64,000 bases of DNA from Eledone cirrhosa (lineage: Eukaryota), in NCBI GenBank assembly GCA_964016885.1, contig OZ024765.1, positions 19,282,001 through 19,346,000 on the forward strand, in the 5' to 3' direction. Made by a program: the position numbers and the translations under genes. Shown here piece after piece: positions 1 through 14,016 of this stretch. Every line of letters starts with the position of its first letter. Positions within the stretch are counted from its first letter, which is position 1. The notes under the pieces are model-generated. The model ran no database searches. It was not told the origin of the DNA and was given only the letters and a program-made list of their open reading frames with translations.

Positions 1-83
1 CTTCTGATGATTTCCAACCAACCTTGTTGATTTATCCAAGATCGGATATATCCAAAAATGGAATGAAACCACCTGTGGTAGAG
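1..83 (+). ncRNA. Type I hammerhead ribozyme motif (stem I cut by window edge)
   Basis: ctt CTGATGA t-ttcca...tggaa-t GAAA ccac-ct-gtgg TA gag: core, stem II with large loop, stem III, GUA triplet. Confidence 0.6.
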
Positions 84-379
84 ATATTTTGATGATTTTG
101 GTAAGGTTTATGTACATTTTTTCTTCTAACTTTGATTTTGTACCTAATTATGTATGGTTAACTATATGTCTAGTCAGTTTCTACAGACTATCAGAAATAC
201 TAGGTAAATTTTCTGTAGCTGTGAGTCGCAGTTAAAGGGCTATCATTTATTTATCTATTGTTTCTTGATAAGTATATTTTAAACTTATAGCCTTGTTTAA
301 ATGATTTTTTGTGTGGTTGAATTATGCTGATTGGGAGAAGAAATACTGTATATATTTTATCTAATGATTCTATGGACTT

Positions 380-414
<35 letters not shown>

Positions 415-577
415 TCATCGTTTATAAATGTGAAGTCTAAAATCTGAAGAGGGCTCGATAAGGATAAGGATAATATACATATAAAAATATATAAAAACCG
501 TAGAGCAAATATTTATTAAAATAACAGATTAAAGTTTAAGCAAAGAATCGCTGCTTTCACCCTTAACGGGATCTTCT

Positions 578-3500
578 GTCACTTAACACCACAGACCCTA
601 GGATGGTGAACCTCTAGGCTTGAGACAGGCTTAACACTGTGATGGACTGGTGTCCTGTCCAGCGGGAGTCTTGTTCACTCAGTCACTTAACACCACAGAC
701 CCTAGGATGGTCAACCTCTAGGCTTGAGACAGGCTTAACACTGTGATGGACTGGTGTCCTGTCCAGCGGGAGTCTTGTTCACTCAGTCACTTAACACCAC
801 AGACCCTAGGATGGTCAACCTCTAGGCTTGAGACAGGCTTAACACTGTGATGGACTGGTGTCCTGTCCAGGGGGAGTCTTGTTCTCTCAGTCACTTAACA
901 CCACAGACACTAGGATGGTCAACCTCTAGGCTTGAGACAGGCTTAACACTGTGATGGACTGGTGTCCTGTCCAGGGGGAGTCTTGTTCACTCAGTCACTT
1001 AACACCACAGACACTAGGATGGTCAACCTCTAGGCTTGAGACAGGCTTAACACTGTGATGGACTGGTGTCCTGTCCAGGGGGAGTCTTGTTCACTCAGTC
1101 ACTTAACACCACAGACACTAGGATGGTCAACCTCTAGGCTTGAGACAGGCTTAACACTGTGATGGACTGGTGTCCTGTCCAGGGGGAGTCTTGTTCACTC
1201 AGTCACTTAACACCACAGACCCTAGGATGGTCAACCTCTAGGCTTGAGACAGGCTTAACACTGTGATGGACTGGTGTCCTGTCCAGGGGGAGTCTTGTTC
1301 ACTCAGTCACTTAACACCACAGACACTAGGATGGTCAACCTCTAGGCTTGAGACAGGCTTAACACTGTGATGGACTGGTGTCCTGTCCAGGAGGAGTCTT
1401 GTTCACTCAGTCACTTAACACCACAGACACTAGGATGGTCAACCTCTAGGCTTGAGACAGGCTTAACACTGTGATGGACTGGTGTCCTGTCCAGCGGGAG
1501 TCTTGTTCTCTCAGTCACTTAACACCACAGACCCTAGGATGGTCAACCTCTAGGCTTGAGACAGGCTTAACACTGCGATGGACTGGTGTCCTGTCCAGGA
1601 GGAGTCTTGTTCACTCAGTCACTTAACACCACAGACACTAGGATGGTCAACCTCTAGGCTTGAGACAGGCTTAACACTGTGATGGACTGGTGTCCTGTCC
1701 AGGAGGAGTCTTGTTCACTCAGTCACTTAACACCACAGACCCTAGGATGGTCAACCTCTAGGCTTGAGACAGGCTTAACACTGTGATGGACTGGTGTCCT
1801 GTCCAGGGGGAGTCTTGTTCTCTCAGTCACTTAACACCACAGACACTAGGATGGTCAACCTCTAGGCTTGAGACAGGCTTAACACTGTGATGGACTGGTG
1901 TCCTGTCCAGGGGGAGTCTTGTTCTCTCAGTCACTTAACACCACAGACCCTAGGATGGTGAACCTCTAGGCTTGAGACAGGCTTAACACTGTGATGGACT
2001 GCTGTCCTCCTGTCCAGGGGGAGTCTTGTTCTCTCAGTCACTTAACACCACAGACCCTAGGATGGTGAACCTCTAGGCTTGAGACAGGCTTAACACTGTG
2101 ATGGACTGGTGTCCTGTCCAGGGGGAGTCTTGTTCTCTCAGTCACTTAACACCACAGACCCTAGGATGGTGAACCTCTAGGCTTGAGACAGGCTTAACAC
2201 TGTGATGGACTGCTGTCCTCCTGTCCAGGGGGAGTCTTGTTCTCTCAGTCACTTAACACCACAGACCCTAGGATGGTGAACCTCTAGGCTTGAGACAGGC
2301 TTAACACTGTGATGGACTGGTGTCCTGTCCAGGGGGAGTCTTGTTCACTCAGTCACTTAACACCACAGACACTAGGATGGTGAACCTCTAGGCTTGAGAC
2401 AGGCTTAACACTGTGATGGACTGCTGTCCTCCTGTCCAGGGGGAGTCTTGTTCACTCAGTCACTTAACACCATAGACACTAGGATGGTCAACCTCTAGGC
2501 TTGAGACAGGCTTAACACTGTGATGGACTGGTGTCCTGTCCAGGGGGAGTCTTGTTCACTCAGTCACTTAACACCACAGACACTAGGATGGTCAACCTCT
2601 AGGCTTGAGACAGGCTTAACACTGTGATGGACTGCTGTCCTCCTGTCCAGGGGGAGTCTTGTTCACTCAGTCACTTAACACCATAGACCCTAGGATGGTC
2701 AACCTCTAGGCTTGAGACAGGCTTAACACTGTGATGGACTGCTGTCCTCCTGTCCAGGGGGAGTCTTGTTCACTCAGTCACTTAACACCATAGACCCTAG
2801 GATGGTCAACCTCTAGGCTTGAGACAGGCTTAACACTGTGATGGACTGCTGTCCTCCTGTCCAGGGGGAGTCTTGTTCACTCAGTCACTTAACACCATAG
2901 ACCCTAGGATGGTCAACCTCTAGGCTTGAGACAGGCTTAACACTGTGATGGACTGGTGTCCTGTCCAGGGGGAGTCTTGTTCACTCAGTCACTTAACACC
3001 ATAGACACTAGGATGGTGAACCTCTAGGCTTGAGACAGGCTTAACACTGTGATGGACTGCTGTCCTCCTGTCCAGGGGGAGTCTTGTTCACTCAGTCACT
3101 TAACACCATAGACCCTAGGATGGTCAACCTCTAGGCTTGAGACAGGCTTAACACTGTGATGGACTGCTGTCCTGTCCATGGGGAGTCTTGTTCACTCAGT
3201 CACTTAACACCATAGACACTAGGATGGTCAACCTCTAGGCTTGAGACAGGCTTAACACTGTGATGGACTGGTGTCCTGTCCAGGGGGAGTCTTGTTCTCT
3301 CAGTCACTTAACACCATAGACCCTAGGATGGTGAACCTCTAGGCTTGAGACAGGCTTAACACTGTGATGGACTGGTGTCCTGTCCAGGGGGAGTCTTGTT
3401 CACTCAGTCACTTAACACCACAGACCCTAGGATGGTGAACCTCTAGGCTTGAGACAGGCTTAACACTGTGATGGACTTGTGTCCTGTCCAGGGGGAGTCT

Positions 3501-6210
3501 TGTTCACTCAGTCACTTAACACCACAGACCCTAGGATGGTGAACCTCTAGGCTTGAGACAGGCTTAACACTGTGATGGACTGCTGTCCTCCTGTCCAGGG
3601 GGAGTCTTGTTCTCTCAGTCACTTAACACCACAGACACTAGGATGGTGAATCTCTAGGCTTGAGACAGGCTTAACACTGTGATGGACTGCTGTCCTCCTG
3701 TCCAGGGGGAGTCTTGTTCACTCAGTCACTTAACACCACAGACACTAGGATGGTCAACCTCTAGGCTTGAGACGGGCTTAACACTGTGATGGACTGCTGT
3801 CCTCCTGTCCAGGGGGAGTCTTGTTCACTCAGTCACTTAACACCACAGACACTAGGATGGTCAACCTCTAGGCTTGAGACAGGCTTAACACTGTGATGGA
3901 CTGCTGTCCTCCTGTCCAGGGGGAGTCTTGTTCACTCAGTCACTTAACACCACAGACACTAGGATGGTCAACCTCTAGGCTTGAGACGGGCTTAACACTG
4001 TGATGGACTGCTGTCCTCCTGTCCAGGGGGAGTCTTGTTCACTCAGTCACTTAACACCACAGACACTAGGATGGTCAACCTCTAGGCTTGAGACGGGCTT
4101 AACACTGTGATGGACTGCTGTCCTCCTGTCCAGGGGGAGTCTTGTTCACTCAGTCACTTAACACCACAGACACTAGGATGGTCAACCTCTAGGCTTGAGA
4201 CGGGCTTAACACTGTGATGGACTGCTGTCCTCCTGTCCAGGGGGAGTCTTGTTCACTCAGTCACTTAACACCACAGACACTAGGATGGTCAACCTCTAGG
4301 CTTGAGACGGGCTTAACACTGTGATGGACTGCTGTCCTCCTGTCCAGGGGGAGTCTTGTTCACTCAGTCACTTAACACCACAGACACTAGGATGGTCAAC
4401 CTCTAGGCTTGAGACGGGCTTAACACTGTGATGGACTGCTGTCCTCCTGTCCAGGGGGAGTCTTGTTCACTCAGTCACTTAACACCACAGACACTAGGAT
4501 GGTCAACCTCTAGGCTTGAGACGGGCTTAACACTGTGATGGACTGCTGTCCTCCTGTCCAGGGGGAGTCTTGTTCACTCAGTCACTTAACACCACAGACC
4601 CTAGGATGGTGAACCTCTAGGCTTGAGACAGGCTTAACACTGTGATGGACTGGTGTCCTGTCCAGGGGGAGTCTTGTTCTCTCAGTCACTTAACACCACA
4701 GACACTAGGATGGTCAACCTCTAGGCTTGAGACAGGCTTAACACTGTGATGGACTGGTGTCCTGTCCAGGGGGAGTCTTGTTCACTCAGTCACTTAACAC
4801 CACAGACACTAGGATGGTCAACCTCTAGGCTTGAGACAGGCTTAACACTGTGATGGACTGCTGTCCTCCTGTCCAGGGGGAGTCTTGTTCACTCAGTCAC
4901 TTAACACCACAGACACTAGGATGGTCAACCTCTAGGCTTGAGACGGGCTTAACACTGTGATGGACTGCTGTCCTCCTGTCCAGGGGGAGTCTTGTTCACT
5001 CAGTCACTTAACACCACAGACACTAGGATGGTCAACCTCTAGGCTTGAGACAGGCTTAACACTGTGATGGACTGGTGTCCTGTCCAGGGGGAGTCTTGTT
5101 CTCTCAGTCACTTAACACCACAGACACTAGGATGGTCAACCTCTAGGCTTGAGACGGGCTTAACACTGTGATGGACTGCTGTCCTCCTGTCCAGGGGGAG
5201 TCTTGTTCACTCAGTCACTTAACACCACAGACACTAGGATGGTCAACCTCTAGGCTTGAGACAGGCTTAACACTGTGATGGACTGGTGTCCTGTCCAGGG
5301 GGAGTCTTGTTCACTCAGTCACTTAACACCACAGACACTAGGATGGTGAACCTCTAGGCTTGAGACAGGCTTAACACTGTGATGGACTGGTGTCCTGTCC
5401 AGGGGGAGTCTTGTTCTCTCAGTCACTTAACACCACAGACACTAGGATGGTCAACCTCTAGGCTTGAGACAGGCTTAACACTGTGATGGACTGGTGTCCT
5501 GTCCAGGGGGAGTCTTGTTCTCTCAGTCACTTAACACCATAGACACTAGGATGGTCAACCTCTAGGCTTGAGACAGGCTTAACACTGTGATGGACTGGTG
5601 TCCTGTCCAGGGGGAGTCTTGTTCTCTCAGTCACTTAACACCACAGACACTAGGATGGTGAACCTCTAGGCTTGAGACAGGCTTAACACTGTGATGGACT
5701 GGTGTCCTGTCCAGGGGGAGTCTTGTTCACTCAGTCACTTAACACCACAGACACTAGGATGGTGAACCTCTAGGCTTGAGACAGGCTTAACACTGTGATG
5801 GACTGCTGTCCTGTCCAGGGGGAGTCTTGTTCTCTCAGTCACTTAACACCACAGACCCTAGGATGGTGAACCTCTAGGCTTGAGACAGGCTTAACACTGT
5901 GATGGACTGGTGTCCTGTCCAGGGGGAGGCTTGTTCTCTCAGTCACTTAACACCACAGACCCTAGGATGGTGAACCTCTAGGCTTGAGACAGGCTTAACA
6001 CTGTGATGGACTGGTGTCCTGTCCAGGGGGAGTCTTGTTCTCTCAGTCACTTAACACCACAGACCCTAGGATGGTGAACCTCTAGGCTTGAGACAGGCTT
6101 AACACTGTGATGGACTGGTGTCCTGTCCAGGGGGAGTCTTGTTCTCTCAGTCACTTAACACCATAGACACCAGGATAACACTGAGGCTCCGGGCTTGAGT
6201 CAGACTTAAC
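578..6210. repeat. 104/107-bp satellite array, about 53 copies
   Basis: Unit gtcacttaacaccacagac(c/a)ctaggatggt(c/g)aacctctaggcttgagacaggcttaacactgtgatggactggtgtcctgtccagggggagtcttgttc(a/t)ctca; period 104 measured (578, 682, 786); +3-bp variant (cctcct). Confidence 0.95.
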
Positions 6211-6635
6211 ACTTCACCACACCTGTTTGACAGTTTGACCCTACCAAAGGACAAAGGATTTGTGTTTTATTGATCTGGAATATTTGGAGACAGTTTTGTG
6301 TGAGGTCCTGATCAAATACAGAGATCAATGATGTTATGGAATCACAAGAATTTGGTCAACGGGGGAGTATTGATATATACTGTGTGTGTTGGTGTTTATA
6401 TGTGTGTGTGTGTGAGGGGTCTGTGTGGGGGGGGGATTTGTGTATGTGTGTCAGTGAGGATCTGTATGTGTTGGTGTGTGTGTGTGTCAGTGGGTCAGTG
6501 TATGTGTGCTGGGGTGGTGGGGGTGGGGTTAGCGTGTTACAATAAGTGAGTGGAGAATGGAGCATGTGTGAGTGCATCCTTCACCATTTCCTGACTCTCC
6601 TCACTATACAAAAATGTAATACAAATGACTACATA

Positions 6636-6667
<32 letters not shown>

Positions 6668-6672
6668 CATAC

Positions 6673-6703
<31 letters not shown>

Positions 6704-6730
6704 CATACATATATATATATATATATACAT

Positions 6731-6769
<39 letters not shown>

Positions 6770-6772
6770 CAA

Positions 6773-6817
<45 letters not shown>

Positions 6818-7476
6818 CATACATACATACATATACATATAAATACATACATATATACATATACATACATATATATATACATATACATACATATATATAT
6901 ACATATACATATACATATATATATACATATACATATACATATATATATACACATACATATATATATATATATATATACACATACATATATATATATATAT
7001 ACACATACATATATATATATATATATACACATACATATATATATATACACATACATATATATATATACACATACATATATATATATACACATACATATAT
7101 ATATATACATATACACATACATATATACATATACACATACATATATACATATACACATACATATATATATACATATACACATACATATATATATATACAT
7201 ATACACATACATATATATATATACACATACATATATACATATACACATACATATATATATACATATACACATACATATATATATACATATACACATACAT
7301 ATATATATATATACACACATACATATATATATATATACACATACATATATATATATATATACACATAGATATATATATACACATACACATAGATATATAT
7401 ATACACATACATACATATATATATACACATACATATATATATATATACACATACATATATATATATATACACATAC

Positions 7477-7559
<83 letters not shown>

Positions 7560-7585
7560 CATATATATATATATATACACATACA

Positions 7586-7664
<79 letters not shown>

Positions 7665-7692
7665 GTACATATATATATATATATACACATAC

Positions 7693-7767
<75 letters not shown>

Positions 7768-8492
7768 TATATACATATATATATACACATATATATACAC
7801 ATATATATACACATATATATATACACATATATATACACATATATATATACACATATATATACACATATATATATACACATATATATATACACATATATAT
7901 ATACACATATACATATACACATATATACATATACACATACATACATATATATATATACACATACATACATATATATATATACACATACATACATATATAT
8001 ATACACATACATACATATATATATATATACACATACATACATATATACACATAGATACATATATATATATATATACACATACATACATATATATATATAT
8101 ACACATACATACATATATATATATATATACACATACATACATATATATATATATACACATACATACATATATATATATATATATACACATACATACATAT
8201 ATATATATATACACATACATATATATATATACACATACATACATATATATATACACATATATATATATACACATACATACATATATATATACACATATAT
8301 ATATATACACATACATACATATATATACATACATACATATGTATATATATACACATACATACATATACATACATATATACATATATATATACACATACAT
8401 ACATATATATATACACACATACATACATATATATATATACACATACATACATATATATATATACACATACATATATATATATATACACATAC
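6636..8492. repeat. (TA)n/(TACA)n compound microsatellite
   Basis: Direct reading. Confidence 0.95.
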
Positions 8493-8760
8493 ATCATCAT
8501 CATTTCATTTCACGTCCACTTTTCTCTGCCTGCAAGGATGGGACGGGAACTGATTCTGGCTTGATTTCTACAGCTGGATGCCCTTCCTAACACCAACCTC
8601 ATTTACAGTGAGTGCTGGGTGCTTTTTTGGCGTGGCACCTCCACGACCACTTTGCAGTGGAATGATAGGGACCCCAGTCCCTATCATCTCATTTCTACAG
8701 CTGAGTAAACTGGAGCAATGTGAAATAAAGTGTCTTGCTCAAGGAAACAACACATCACCT
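8493..8760 (-). mobile_element. 5'-truncated SINE (same family as 24009 and 26939)
   Basis: Reverse complement of the SINE body with (GAT)n tail. Confidence 0.8.
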
Positions 8761-9189
8761 TTATATATATATATTACTTCAAAATATTAATAAATATAGA
8801 CATTCATGTAATCAAATATATTTTATTATATATAATAATAATAATAATGAAATTATTGTGTACAGTGCTCAGGTGCACTACAACTCATCAAAGGTGCATG
8901 TATAGTACATAGAATAATGTACAAATGTCAGGAAAATAAACAGTGTATGAGTCATGATATAATAACAATAACGAAATATTGTGCACAGTGCCCAGGTGCA
9001 CCACAACTCATCAAAAAAGTGCATGTACAGTACATAGGGCAATGCACAAACATCAGTAAAATGAACAGTGCACGAGTCATGATACACACATGTGTGCATG
9101 TGTATGGAAGGGGTACATCGGGTGTAGTTTTGGCGTATTTTGGGAAGCATGAGTGTCTTAAAGGATGCAGTGTCTCGGCAGCTTTTCAG

Positions 9190-9563
9190 TTGTACTGAGC
9201 TGTTTGATCAGTACGTCCTCATCAGATAAAATAAATTGATGTCTGACATACCTCAACTGTGCTGATGGTTCAATTCCAGTCTTGACTGCCAAGACTGGAA
9301 TTGAACTGGAATTGAACCATCAGCAGAGTTGAGGTATGTCACACATCAATTTATATATTTTATCTGATGAGGACGTACTGATGAAACAGTTCAGTACCTC
9401 TGAAATATATATAATAGAATATATTTGATCACATGAATGTCTATATTTATTAATATTTTGAAGTAATATGAATAACTCCAGAAAACCTAACTGTTGAGTA
9501 CTTTTAATCTATTGTAAAACTATATTCATTGATTAATCAATGAACCTTGTTAAACTTTTGGTT
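9190..9563. mobile_element. Fold-back, hammerhead-bearing non-autonomous element (Penelope-like derived), family A
   Basis: Inverted arms centred near 9287; close copy at 23680-23960; ends in (TA)n. Confidence 0.6.
9354..9423 (+). ncRNA. Minimal type I hammerhead ribozyme
   Basis: tatattttat CTGATGA gga-c-gtactg..cagtac-c-tct GAAA tatata TA atagaatata; palindromic stem III ATATATAT. Confidence 0.75.
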
Positions 9564-9577
9564 ATATATATATATAT

Positions 9578-9915
9578 CATCATCACCGTTTTACGTCCGT
9601 TCTTCCACGCTAGCATGGGTTAGACGGGTTGTCCTGTTGTGGGCAGTGTCTGGTCGGCTGACCATGCCTTGCTCATACAGGAACTGATCTGGCTTGATTT
9701 CTACAGCTGGATGCCCTTCCTAACACCAACCTCATTTACAGTGAGTGCTGGGTGGTTTTTCGTGGCGCCTACACGTCCACTTCACAGTGTGGGCTGGGTG
9801 CTTTTTTGCCGTGGCACCTCCACGGCCACCTTGCGGTGGGGGGGGGGGGGGCATATTGTTTATATGCTTCAGCATGTACCCATGGGAGGTCGGGTACCCT
9901 GTATTACTGCGTGAT
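9578..9915 (-). mobile_element. RTE LINE 3' end (family of 29024-30224)
   Basis: Near-identical to 29878-30215 in reverse; (GAT)n tail. Confidence 0.85.
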
Positions 9916-10283
9916 ATATAGAGTGTGCCAAAAAATGTATACACACTTTGATAAAAATGCTGTTGAAGTGTGTGAGTGTTTTGTAACACTCTGTATATAG
10001 ATACAGGCGGTGACATGTATATATACATATTTGTATATAGCTGGTTGCCGGTGTATATCGCGATGCAACTACACTTATATATATATACTCATATATATAC
10101 ACAACACATTACGACAGTATAGGTATCTTTTGTTATAGAAATAACTTCTATAGGACTAGAAAATCCTGATTAGTTCTTATGAATGATCAGTTCTAGTCCT
10201 ATAGAAGTTATTTCTATAATGTATAGAAATGACCCTGCTTAGGCTGAGAGCAGAGACTTATTGTTTAAACTTCTAATCTGTAC

Positions 10284-10341
<58 letters not shown>

Positions 10342-10420
10342 TAAAATTTTCTCTTGGGTTAATCACTACCTTGATTAAATCTTAACTATTTAACACCTCA
10401 GGGTATGTCATGTATCATTA

Positions 10421-10568
10421 TGCTTTGCAGCATAGTTACGTCCCTTTACGGACTGAGTTCAAAACCCGCCGAGGTTAACTTTGCCTTTCATCCTTAAGGG
10501 GTCGATAAAATAAAGTACCAGTAATACACTGGGATAATTGCTGGCCTTGTGCCAAAAGTAGAAACAAT
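10421..10568 (+). mobile_element. SINE fragment inserted in a hammerhead element
   Basis: B-box-like gagttcaaaacc and body actttgcctttcatcct..ggggtcgataaaataaagtaccag; same family as 59335-59860 and 61255-61604. Confidence 0.75.
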
Positions 10569-10627
10569 TATATTTTGTCTGATGAGGACGTACTGTTGTA
10601 CATCCGAAATATGTATAATAAAATGTA
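10569..10627 (+). ncRNA. Minimal type I hammerhead ribozyme
   Basis: tattttgt CTGATGA ggacgtac-tgtt-gtacatcc GAAA tatgta TA ataaaatg. Confidence 0.8.
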
Positions 10628-10766
10628 ATTGATCAAAAGAACATCTATTTTATTAATATTTATATTTTAATATTAATAACTCCGGAAAATTATTTTTATC
10701 CGTAGAGTGCTTCCAATCTACTGTAAAACTCATTCTTTGACATACTCATTGAATATTGTTTAACAC

Positions 10767-10797
<31 letters not shown>

Positions 10798-10936
10798 GTA
10801 AAAAATTGAACGGGAACAAAACAGAGAGGCAGTATGAACAAAGGTTTATTAGTTTCACGCTCTTGAGAGTGGGGTGGTGATATATATATATATCAATGAT
10901 ATTAATAAATGGAAACTATATTTATAAAACCATATT

Positions 10937-10997
10937 TATTCTATTATATATATTTCAAAGGTACTAAAACTTTGGTACGCTCTCATCAGATAAAATA
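10937..10997 (-). ncRNA. Minimal type I hammerhead ribozyme
   Basis: Reverse complement: tattttat CTGATGA gagcgtaccaaa..tttagtaccttt GAAA tatata TA atagaata. Confidence 0.7.
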
Positions 10998-11069
10998 CAA
11001 GGTTTGCTTTATAAATATTGACATATCTAAAAATTAGACCTTAACAGTTCAAGTTTTACCTGGATAGTA

Positions 11070-12960
11070 TCTGTTATAAATATATATATATTTGTTATAA
11101 ATATATATATTTGTTATAAATATATATATTTGTTATAAATATATATATATCTGTTATAAATATATATATATTTGTTATAAATATATATATATTTGTTATA
11201 AATATATATATTTGTTATAAATATATATATTTGTTATAAATATATATATTTGTTATAAATATATATATTTGTTATAAATATATATATTTGTTAAATATAA
11301 ATATTTGTTATAAATATATATATAATTGTTATAAATATATATATATTTGTTATAAATATATATATATTTGTTATAAATATATATATATTTGTTATAAATA
11401 TATATATATATTTGTTATAAATATATATATATTTGTTATAAATATATATATTTGTTATAAATATATATATATGTTATAAATATATATATAAATGTTATAA
11501 ATATATTTGTTATAAATATATATATATTTGTTATATATATATTTGTTATAAATATATATATTTGTTATAAATATATATATTTGTTAAATATATATATTTG
11601 TTATAAATATATATATTTGTTATAAATATATATATTTGTTATAAATATATATATAAATGTTATAAATATATATATATCTGTTATAAATATATATATATTT
11701 GTTATAAATATATATATATTTGTTATAAATATATATATATTTGTTATAAATATATATATATTTGTTATAAATATATTTGTTATAAATATATATATATTTG
11801 TTATAAATATATTTGTTATAAATATATATATTTGTTATAAATATATATATTTGTTATAAATATATATATTTGTTATAAATATATATATCTGTTATAAATA
11901 TATATATCTGTTATAAATATATATATATTTGTTATAAATATATTTGTTATAAATATATATATATTTGTTATAAATATATATATATTTGTTATAAATATAT
12001 TTGTTATAAATATATATATATTTGTTATAAATATATTTGTTATAAATATATATATTTGTTATAAATATATATATTTGTTATAAATATATATATTTGTTAT
12101 AAATATATATATTTGTTATAAATATATATATAAATGTTATAAATATATATATATCTGTTATAAATATATATATATTTGTTATAAATATATATATATTTGT
12201 TATAAATATATATATATTTGTTATAAATATATATATATTTGTTATAAATATATTTGTTATAAATATATATATATTTGTTATAAATATATTTGTTATAAAT
12301 ATATATATTTGTTATAAATATATATATTTGTTATAAATATATATATTTGTTATAAATATATATATCTGTTATAAATATATATATCTGTTATAAATATATA
12401 TATATTTGTTATAAATATATTTGTTATAAATATATATATATTTGTTATAAATATATATATATTTGTTATAAATATATTTGTTATAAATATATATATATTT
12501 GTTATAAATATATTTGTTATAAATATATATATATTTGTTATAAATATATTTGTTATAAATATATATATTTGTTATAAATATATATATTTGTTATAAATAT
12601 ATATATCTGTTATAAATATATATATATATTTGTTATAAATATATTTGTTATAAATATATATATATTTGTTATAAATATATTTGTTATAAATATATATATA
12701 TTTGTTATAAATATATTTGTTATAAATATATATATTTGTTATAAATATATATATTTGTTATAAATATATATATTTGTTATAAATATATATATATTTGTTA
12801 TAAATATATATATATCTGTTATAAATATATATATATTTGTTATAAATATATATGTATTTGTTATAAATATATATATTTGTTAAATATATATATATTTGTT
12901 ATAAATATATATATATTTGTTATAAATATATATATTTGTTATAAATATATATATTTGTTG
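11070..12960. repeat. About 15-23-bp minisatellite TTTGTTATAAA(TA)n
   Basis: Direct reading; internal higher-order duplication of about 477 bp. Confidence 0.95.
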
Positions 12961-12964
12961 AATT

Positions 12965-13086
12965 CCAGCTGTAGAAAACCCGCCAGACAGTCCTATACAA
13001 GCAAGACAACCAATCTTGCTTCAAGTGGGACAATTCCCGTCTAAACCCATGCTAGCGTGGATGATAGACGTTAAACGATGATGATA
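12965..13086 (+). mobile_element. RTE LINE 3' tail fragment
   Basis: Matches 32427-32550; (GAT)n end. Confidence 0.75.
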
Positions 13087-13614
13087 GCGATGTTGATGGA
13101 TTACCAACAAATTAAATATCCCTTTCCTTATATAAATATATATATATATATATATATGGAAAGTTATATTTAAATTGTTGGGTTACAACTAGTAAATATT
13201 TATAACTGATATAAAAGCACTCAACAAGTATTTGGAGTATATTTACGATATTAAATAACATATTGTTAATATGATATCCCTGAAATATATATAATGAAAT
13301 AAATATGGTTTTATAAATATAGTTTCCATTTATTTAATATCGTATATATATATATATATATATAGGAACGATCGACTTTCGTCAAATCGGACCGAGGAAA
13401 CAATGTTTCCATTGGTCTTTCCAATTTCTAATACTATCTATCGGTCGCAACTCCAGGTAGAAGGAGCAACATGAAATAAAGTGTCTTGCTCAAGGACATA
13501 ACGCATCGATCGGTCTGGGAATCAAACTCACAACCTCACGATATATATATATATATATATAATGAAAATATTATGAAAATAAACCAAAGAAGCCTTCAAT
13601 ACATCAAAAGTCTT

Positions 13615-13662
13615 TATTAGCCAACAATGTTTCGTCCTATTAAGGACTCATTAGGGCAATTA
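13615..13662 (-). ncRNA. Degenerate hammerhead motif (core CUAAUGA, probably inactive)
   Basis: Reverse complement: attgcc CTAATGA gtcct-taat-aggac GAAA cattg TT ggctaat; G5 is replaced by A. Confidence 0.55.
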
Positions 13663-13699
13663 AAGCTATAAGAAGCACTATCAGCCAATACAAGCCGAA

Positions 13700-13748
<49 letters not shown>

Positions 13749-14016
13749 CCGTAACAAGTGGAGAGATGCTGTGCTGAATAGGGCCCGTCCCACCCTTGCA
13801 AGCAGGGAAAAGCGAACATATGATGATGATGATGATGATGATATATATTATGTTATATTATGCACACACAAAGAATAATATAAATTCCATCTACTTACCC
13901 CATAATATAACTGGTATGATGTAACAATCTGGTTTCCTCAAAGACATCATCTTACTGTGATGGAATAACTGAACTGACTCTTCAAGTTAGCTGGGTCTTT
14001 TAAGATTCCTTTCTGG

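Noticed and set aside
578-6210. CRISPR-like appearance of the long regular array
   Set aside because: Units are wholly repeated with no unique spacers, there are no cas genes, and the context is eukaryotic.
6537-8503. 600-aa YIYI/MCIY ORFs here and at 25, 39-43 and 61-64 kb
   Set aside because: Translations of (TA)n/(TACA)n microsatellites.
8854-9040. Two-copy about 58-bp direct repeat
   Set aside because: Diverged local duplication with no further structure visible.
9181-9232. Complete minus-strand hammerhead in the left arm
   Set aside because: Core and stem II are present, but the arm ends before stem III and the 3' strand of stem I.
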